Origin: an uncultured Pseudomonadota bacterium
Lineage (GTDB): Bacteria > Pseudomonadota > Alphaproteobacteria > RF32 > CAG-239
DNA: 64,000 nucleotides
Assembly: GCA_949295915.1 (NCBI GenBank)
Contig: CASFNB010000006.1
Span: 10,541 to 74,540, forward strand
Direction of reading: 5' to 3'
Made by a program: the position numbers and the translations under genes. Positions 58,651 to 64,000 of this stretch are shown in pieces. Numbering within the stretch: the first letter of the stretch is position 1; the number at the start of each line of letters is the position of its first letter. Below the pieces are notes generated by a model. It saw only the letters and a program-made list of their open reading frames with translations. It was not told the origin of the DNA and made no database searches.

Positions 58651-59193
58651 CTATTTTTTCCCAATTTTTTGAATTAATTTTTGAAAAATAAGTTTGGCTT
58701 CATCCAAATCTTTATTTCACCAATCGGAAGCTATAATTCTCTTCTGCACTTCGGGCTCAAAACGATAACGAATAATTTTAGCAGGATTTCCTGCTACAAT
58801 AGCAAAATCGGGCACATCTTTATTAACAAAAGAATTTGCTCCGACAACGGCACCGTTTCCGATTTTAACTCCTCTTCTGATAATACTATCCACGCCAATC
58901 CAGACATCATTTCCGATAACACAATCTTTCTCGCATAAAATATCAAAAGGACTATCATAAAACCAACCCGAAGTAGAAAACATTGCTAAATCATGCTCAC
59001 CGGGACCAATTGTAACATTATTTCCGATAGAAACATATCTTCCAATCTGAGCTTTTGTAACAGTACATCTATCTCCGATATACGTATAATCACCAACGGA
59101 AGTATATTTGTCGACTTTTGAGTTCCTGATTTCAATATGTTTTCCCAAAAGCTTACAGCGTGGTCTTTTTCTAAATAATTTCAGTATTTCCAT
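58651..59193 (-). pseudogene. Hexapeptide-repeat xenobiotic acetyltransferase (CatB/Vat-like) with TGA at the conserved WW position
   Basis: Left-handed beta-helix repeats (IGNDVWIGVDSIIRRGVKIGNGAVVGANSFV). The ORF stops at 58717-58719 after ...IIASDW. The same frame continues NKDLDEAKLIFQKLIQKIGKK to TAG at 58651, matching the usual ...WWNW...tail of this family. Confidence 0.6.
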
Positions 59194-59196
59194 ATT

Positions 59197-59763
59197 TCAC
59201 TTCATCATCCCGAGTTGACCGGAAAACTTCGCCATACCATCTTTAAGCAAAATTGGCAAAGTTTCGCAAATAATTTGAATATTTTTTTCAATCACTTCGG
59301 CATCGGCTTTGGAAAAGCGTGAGAGCACATGGTTGACCACCGTCTCACCATTGCCTTGCGGATGACCGACCCCGATTCTAATTCGATTATAATCAGGAGT
59401 TATGGCGGCATCAATAGATTTTAGTCCGTTATGCCCACCGGCACCGCCGCCGATTTTAGCCTTGATTTTGCCGACCGGCAAATCCATATCATCATGAATA
59501 ACAATTATATTCTGTGGTAAGATTTTATAGAAATTAGCAGCCTTAACAACCGAGTTACCGGAAAGATTCATATAGGTTTGGGGTTTCAAGAGATAGACTT
59601 TTTCACCATTAATATTTCCTTCGGCAATCAACCCATCAAATTTAGATTTAAAGGGAGAAAACTTGTAGACAGAGTGTAAAGCATCAGCGGTCATAAAACC
59701 CATGTTGTGACGCGTTTTATCATATTCTGCACCGGGGTTGCCCAAACCAACAATCAAAAACAT
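59197..59763 (-). CDS. pth: Peptidyl-tRNA hydrolase
   Basis: LIVGLGNPGAEYDKTRHNMGF and GGHNGLKSI motifs. Confidence 0.95.
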   Translation of the reverse strand: MFLIVGLGNPGAEYDKTRHNMGFMTADALHSVYKFSPFKSKFDGLIAEGNINGEKVYLLKPQTYMNLSGNSVVKAANFYKILPQNIIVIHDDMDLPVGKIKAKIGGGAGGHNGLKSIDAAITPDYNRIRIGVGHPQGNGETVVNHVLSRFSKADAEVIEKNIQIICETLPILLKDGMAKFSGQLGMMK

Positions 59764-59831
59764 ATCTATACCCTCATCAAAAAAGGAGCCATTAAAATAA
59801 GGCGGAGTTTGAGCTTAGTAATAAGAAATAA

Positions 59832-59881
59832 GGGAGAAAGTACCGCAGTGTACATAGACGTACATGAGGAAACTTTCTCCC
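59832..59881. repeat. Palindromic element copy PE6 (best-formed copy)
   Basis: GGGAGAAAGT-accgcag-TGTAC-atagac-GTACA-tgaggaa-ACTTTCTCCC: a perfect 10-bp outer and 5-bp inner inverted repeat between rplY and pth. Confidence 0.8.
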
Positions 59882-59913
59882 GCAATTTCTGTATTAATAA
59901 GCCAAGATACGAC

Positions 59914-60204
59914 TTATTTTCTCAAGAAGTCGACGTGAATCGGCATGTCCGATACCGGATGAAACTGAACATCTTGGCAAGAAACTTTTTCGGCTTTGCC
60001 ATTGATGACAATTTCAATATCAGAGCTGTAAAAATCAGCCATATTCAAAGCTTTTTCCAATTCAACCGGATGCAAACTAATCATTTGCGGATCTTTTTTG
60101 TTACCATAAATAACGGCAGGAACACGACCTTCTTTACGACATGCGCGAGCTGCCCCCTTACCTGCTTGTTCACGAACCAAAGCATTAAATGTAATTTTAG
60201 ACAT
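59914..60204 (-). CDS. rplY: 50S ribosomal protein L25, short (N-terminal-domain-only) form
   Basis: REQAGKGAARACRKEGRVPAVIYG...VQFHPVSDMPIHVDFLRK. Ends where Ctc-type L25 proteins continue into a second domain. Confidence 0.85.
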   Translation of the reverse strand: MSKITFNALVREQAGKGAARACRKEGRVPAVIYGNKKDPQMISLHPVELEKALNMADFYSSDIEIVINGKAEKVSCQDVQFHPVSDMPIHVDFLRK

Positions 60205-60380
60205 TTTATTACTTCCTTATAAAAAATTTTAACCAACATCGTTCAAACCTCCAGGGGTGTTCAAACGATTAAGCTGACTAATACACCGATTTTTCAGATA
60301 TTTCAAGTATTTTTTTAGCAAGAAAAAAGCAACAAAAAAACTCGCTTTCTTTTTTTTCAAGAAAACGAGTTTTTTATTTT

Positions 60381-60728
60381 TTACAACTCACCTATTGTTT
60401 GATACATATTTATGCACCAAATAAAAAGCGCACCAAACAAAACATCAGCGACAACCAAAACTACGGTAATGATATCACCGATAATGTTTGATACTTGAGC
60501 TTCCAATGCCCAAAACCACATAAATATCACACTCAATGTCACAAAAAATCCAAAACCGAGAAAAGCCCCGATTTCATGGATTTTTCGAACCAGTTGAACC
60601 TTACCGATAACGCGATGCGATTGTTGTTGAACATATTTGACGTTCTTATCACACTTTTTTAATGCGCAAACACCATATATATTCAAAGCCAGACACCCGA
60701 TAACGAAAGCAATTAAAATCAATAACAT
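60381..60728 (-). CDS. Small membrane protein B1 (cassette 1)
   Basis: 115 aa with 3 hydrophobic segments. Same architecture as 61415-61750. Confidence 0.5.
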   Translation of the reverse strand: MLLILIAFVIGCLALNIYGVCALKKCDKNVKYVQQQSHRVIGKVQLVRKIHEIGAFLGFGFFVTLSVIFMWFWALEAQVSNIIGDIITVVLVVADVLFGALFIWCINMYQTIGEL

Positions 60729-60754
60729 AATTTAAAGATTTTAAATGTTAGACA

Positions 60755-61288
60755 TTAATGCAACTCCTGCAACAGATACATTTTCTTTCTGTTGTCATAT
60801 TTCAGCACCACAACATTAATGACATTTGCCGAAGGCTTTTCATCAAGATAGCCAAACAGGCCTTCATGATACATATTAAATTTGCAAATCCACAGTCCTT
60901 TTTTCTGTTCTTCAACCGTTGCGTCCGTAATTATATTTTCACAAATTGAATGAGAAATATTTAATGCACTTCGCTTAATCAAATACGTTTTTCTCACCAA
61001 AACAAGCAAATAAACTGCCGAAACACTAAAAATAAGCAAACTCAATTTTTGTATCATATTTTGTTGTAGGTCATCCCACACGACCCAAATTACAAAGCAA
61101 AAAATAAAAAACAAAGCCAAAGAGAAGCTCATTAAAAGCTTACTCATGAATGCAAGCATCTTTAAGTCTTTTAAATTCTTTTCCCGCCAAAACAAATTAA
61201 AAACTTCTTTTGCCTGCTTTGGAAAAGAAAAGACATAATTTACAAACATCAGAAAAGCCGCCGAGACAATAAAAATAACATAATCCAT
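60755..61288 (-). CDS. Membrane protein A1 (cassette 1) with a conserved C-terminal soluble module
   Basis: 177 aa with 3 TM segments, then GLWICKFNMYHEGLFGYLDEKPSANVINVVVLKYDNRKKMYLLQELH, paralogous to the C-terminus of 61848-62138. Confidence 0.55.
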   Translation of the reverse strand: MDYVIFIVSAAFLMFVNYVFSFPKQAKEVFNLFWREKNLKDLKMLAFMSKLLMSFSLALFFIFCFVIWVVWDDLQQNMIQKLSLLIFSVSAVYLLVLVRKTYLIKRSALNISHSICENIITDATVEEQKKGLWICKFNMYHEGLFGYLDEKPSANVINVVVLKYDNRKKMYLLQELH

Positions 61289-61414
61289 AATGCTTAAATT
61301 TTAGAAAATTAATAATTTAATAAACCTCATAGAAAATAGCATATTTTTATTGTTTGTCAATCTGATAGGCAAAAAAAAAGACCCGTCTTTTCCTAAAAAA
61401 CGAGTCTTCTATTC

Positions 61415-61750
61415 TTATTTATCACCTCTATACATTATATACCGAGCCAAAATATAATTAATAAAGGCAACTACGGCAATAAGGATACCTTCCCACGCAA
61501 TTACTCTCCAGAAAAGAGAATGTTGTAATTTTTCCCAAAAAAGAACCAATAAAACCGTTGATAAAAAGAAATAAAAACCGGAGACACTTTCTGCTTCGCT
61601 TCCTTTTTTTTGTGCGGCATTAATCTGTTCTGCATTTTTTAGTTTAATTTTTTTTATCAAAGAAAAAATACTTTCGATAAAAATCAAAATAACGGCAGCT
61701 AACGCTACGATAAAAAAATATTTTTCCATATTCTTATAATTTTGAATCAA
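61415..61750 (-). CDS. Small membrane protein B2 (cassette 2)
   Basis: 111 aa with 3 hydrophobic segments. Confidence 0.5.
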   Translation of the reverse strand: MIQNYKNMEKYFFIVALAAVILIFIESIFSLIKKIKLKNAEQINAAQKKGSEAESVSGFYFFLSTVLLVLFWEKLQHSLFWRVIAWEGILIAVVAFINYILARYIMYRGDK

Positions 61751-61847
61751 TAATTATTTAATTGAGCAAAAAGTAACACACAAACACATAGTAGTCAACA
61801 TACAGACAAAAAAAGACTCGTTTCTAAAAAAAACGAGTCTTTTACAA

Positions 61848-62138
61848 TCAATTTTCGTCAAGCTCTTCAAGTTTGTAAAGCCCGATATTTTTGTTATACT
61901 CGGTAACAATGGCTTTTACTCTTTCCGAAGAAGGCTTTTTTTCAAAATAGCCCAAATGATCTCCGCAAAAATAAAACTTACAAAGCCAACGCCCGCTTTC
62001 TTCTTTTTTTAACCGAGCGGTAACAGTATAATTTTTGCACCGCATCAGTTTTCTTTTTTTTCTCGCAATCTTTATTTCGTTATAGACATACCATACATAA
62101 AATAAAAGAAATGCCACAATAAATAAACCTGTTTTCAT
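61848..62138 (-). CDS. Membrane protein A2 (cassette 2), short paralog of A1
   Basis: Start set at ATG 62138 (MKTGLFIVAFLLF...), because the longer ORF-track version overlaps pnp. C-terminus: GRWLCKFYFCGDHLGYFEKKPSSERVKAIVTEYNKNIGLYKLEELDEN. Confidence 0.5.
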   Translation of the reverse strand: MKTGLFIVAFLLFYVWYVYNEIKIARKKRKLMRCKNYTVTARLKKEESGRWLCKFYFCGDHLGYFEKKPSSERVKAIVTEYNKNIGLYKLEELDEN

Positions 62139-62259
62139 GATAATAAAAAATAAATAAGATTTTATATGGGAGGTAGTAAATAACTTTTTTAACCAAAGGT
62201 CAAGCAGAAACAAAAAAAAGGCACTCCCTGTGAGTGCCTTTTTTGAAGTAATCACGGAA

Positions 62260-64000
62260 CTATTTTTCCAAATCTTCACCTGTTTCTTGGTTAACTCTCT
62301 TAGCCGAAAGTTTAATCTTACCGCGATTATCGGTACCGAGGCATTTAACCCACAAGGTATCACCTTCTTTATAGAAGTCAGAAACGGAAGCAATACGTTC
62401 GTTCTTAACTTCTGAAATATGAACCAAGCCTTCGGTTGTACCAAGGAAGCGAACAAAAGCACCGAAATCCATAATTTTGGTGATAACACCTTTATAGATT
62501 TTACCTTCTTCCGGTTCAGCGACAATACCCATTACCCATTCAAGAGCGGCATCACCGTCTTCTTTTTTGAGAGAAGCGATTTTGACAATACCGTCATCGG
62601 TAATTTCAATTTTGGTATTTGTTTTTTCGGTAATTTCACGAATAACTTTACCACCGGTTCCGATAACTTCACGAATTTTATCGACCGGAATTTTGATTGA
62701 TACAATGCGCGGTGCTTTATCGGAAACATGCGGACGCGGTGCAGAAATAGCTTTTGCCATCTCACCCATAATGTGGATACGACCTTCATGAGCCTGAGCC
62801 AAAGCTTTTTCCATAATTTCTTTGGTAATGGAAGTAATTTTAATATCCATTTGCAAAGCGGTAACACCGTCTTTAGTACCGGCAACCTTAAAGTCCATAT
62901 CGCCCAAGTGGTCTTCATCACCCAAGATATCAGTCAAAATGGCAACACGACCATCATCTTCTTTAATCAAGCCCATAGCAATACCGGCAACCGGCTTTTT
63001 CAAGGGAACACCGGCAGCTTCCAAAGACATGGTTGTACCACAAACGGTAGCCATGGAAGAAGAACCGTTAGATTCCATAATATCGGAAACGACACGAACG
63101 GTATATGGGAAAGTATCGCTGTTTTTCGGCATCATCGGGTGAATAGCGCGCCAAGCGAGCTTTCCGTGACCGATTTCACGACGTCCGGGGCTACCCAAAC
63201 GACCGCATTCACCAACCGAGAACGGCGGAAAGTTGTAGTTGAGCATAAAGTCTTCTTTATATTCATCCAACAAGCCGTCAACGATTTGCGCATCATCACC
63301 GGTACCCAAAGTAGTAACAACCAAGGCTTGAGTTTCACCACGAGTGAACAAAGCAGAACCGTGAGCCATCGGCAAAACATCAACTTGGCAAGCAATCGGA
63401 CGAACGGTTTTGGTATCACGACCATCAATACGACGACCGGTATTCAAAACGCCTTCACGCATAACACGATGCATCAATTTTTCAATTACATCGTTAACAT
63501 ATTTAACTTCTATCTCATTTTCGGGATCGATGGTAGCTTTAACCTCTTCAGCCAAAGCGCCCAAGTTTTCGCCGCGTTTGAGTTTATCGGTTTCTTTGAA
63601 AGCTTCTTCATATTTAGCGCGGAATTGTTTGGCAACTTTCTCATAGAGTTCATCAAACTCTTTCGGGAAAGTTGGCATTTCCCAGCGCGGTTTACCGGCT
63701 TCTTTAGTCAAATCTTCAATCATTTGAATAACCGGTTGGAAGTTTTCAAAACCAAACATAACCGCACCGAGCATAACTTCTTCGGAAAGTTCTTGTGCTT
63801 CGGATTCAACCATCAAAACGCCTTCCTTCGTACCGGCAACGGAAAGTTCCAACAACGATTCTTTTTGTTGTTCAATGGTAGGATTCAAAATGTATTGTCC
63901 GTCTTTGTAACCGATTTTAGCCGCACCGATAGGACCTAAGAACGGAATACCGGACAAGCTCAAAGCAGCGGAAGCGGCAATCATGGAAATGATATCGGAG
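62260..64000 (-). CDS. pnp: Polyribonucleotide nucleotidyltransferase (PNPase), C-terminal ~580 codons (N-terminus beyond window end)
   Basis: Second RNase PH domain ([22 protein letters not shown]), KH domain ([11 protein letters not shown]) and S1 domain ([18 protein letters not shown]). The frame is open to base 64000. Confidence 0.95.
   Translation of the reverse strand, partial: SDIISMIAASAALSLSGIPFLGPIGAAKIGYKDGQYILNPTIEQQKESLLELSVAGTKEGVLMVESEAQELSEEVMLGAVMFGFENFQPVIQMIEDLTKEAGKPRWEMPTFPKEFDELYEKVAKQFRAKYEEAFKETDKLKRGENLGALAEEVKATIDPENEIEVKYVNDVIEKLMHRVMREGVLNTGRRIDGRDTKTVRPIACQVDVLPMAHGSALFTRGETQALVVTTLGTGDDAQIVDGLLDEYKEDFMLNYNFPPFSVGECGRLGSPGRREIGHGKLAWRAIHPMMPKNSDTFPYTVRVVSDIMESNGSSSMATVCGTTMSLEAAGVPLKKPVAGIAMGLIKEDDGRVAILTDILGDEDHLGDMDFKVAGTKDGVTALQMDIKITSITKEIMEKALAQAHEGRIHIMGEMAKAISAPRPHVSDKAPRIVSIKIPVDKIREVIGTGGKVIREITEKTNTKIEITDDGIVKIASLKKEDGDAALEWVMGIVAEPEEGKIYKGVITKIMDFGAFVRFLGTTEGLVHISEVKNERIASVSDFYKEGDTLWVKCLGTDNRGKIKLSAKRVNQETGEDLEK

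Noticed and set aside
58717-58719. TGA reassigned to Trp (genetic code 4), suggested by TGA at a conserved Trp in the acetyltransferase and by the in-frame TGA in gtrA
   Set aside because: TGA ends rnpA, both ycgN copies and other genes at their expected homologous C-termini, often as ATGA overlaps. TGA is therefore a genuine stop here, and the in-frame cases are better read as mutations or errors.
61848-62525. Full 225-aa version of the ORF downstream of pnp
   Set aside because: Its N-terminal 129 codons overlap the 3' end of pnp in another frame. The paralog comparison supports only the part from ATG 62138.
62728-63939. 403-aa plus-strand ORF and other ORFs overlapping pnp (62419-62700, 62822-63142, 63132-63428)
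   Set aside because: They are antisense or alternate-frame to a strongly supported PNPase gene. Their sequences are low-complexity and F/N/T-rich, typical of shadow ORFs in AT-rich genomes.

Overview
AT-rich bacterial chromosome segment. Its housekeeping synteny looks alphaproteobacterial, possibly a Holosporales/Rickettsiales-like intracellular lineage; that placement is inference from gene content only. Conserved blocks: rpmB-dnaB, rpmH-rnpA-yidD-yidC-yihA, holA-lptE/leuS with a DUF3576-type lipoprotein, rsmB, groES-groEL, htpG, typA, murJ, ychF, pth-rplY and pnp. I support about 65 protein genes, 3 tRNAs (Arg-CCG, Ser-CGA, Gly-GCC), several intrinsic terminators and two sigma-32-like promoters. 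No rRNA, CRISPR array or intact transposase was seen. Five things do not look ordinary. (1) 232-242 bp mini-elements sit in tandem against the 3' ends of tRNA-Arg and tRNA-Gly. A shared core carries a reading frame with no start codon that resembles a tmRNA tag (A[S/N]DNAADKALQI[K/E]-stop). Between loci this frame differs almost only at synonymous third positions, a 5' hairpin shows compensatory changes, and the element ends mimic whichever tRNA the element abuts. (2) A visibly more AT-rich island of about 6.5 kb lies next to tRNA-Ser. It holds a Hachiman (hamA/hamB) defence pair, two orphan Rx4H HEPN proteins and decayed mobile-element or defence gene fragments. (3) A dispersed family of long palindromic elements (core TGTAC-N6-GTACA) has six copies here, four of them in a ~930 bp non-coding region at 56.1-57.0 kb. 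(4) A two-gene cassette of small membrane proteins is duplicated in tandem. (5) Several genes carry point inactivations (lptE frameshift; nonsense codons in DUF486, gtrA-like and XAT-acetyltransferase genes). All calls come from reading the sequence and recalling family motifs. No searches were run, and start codons are approximate.
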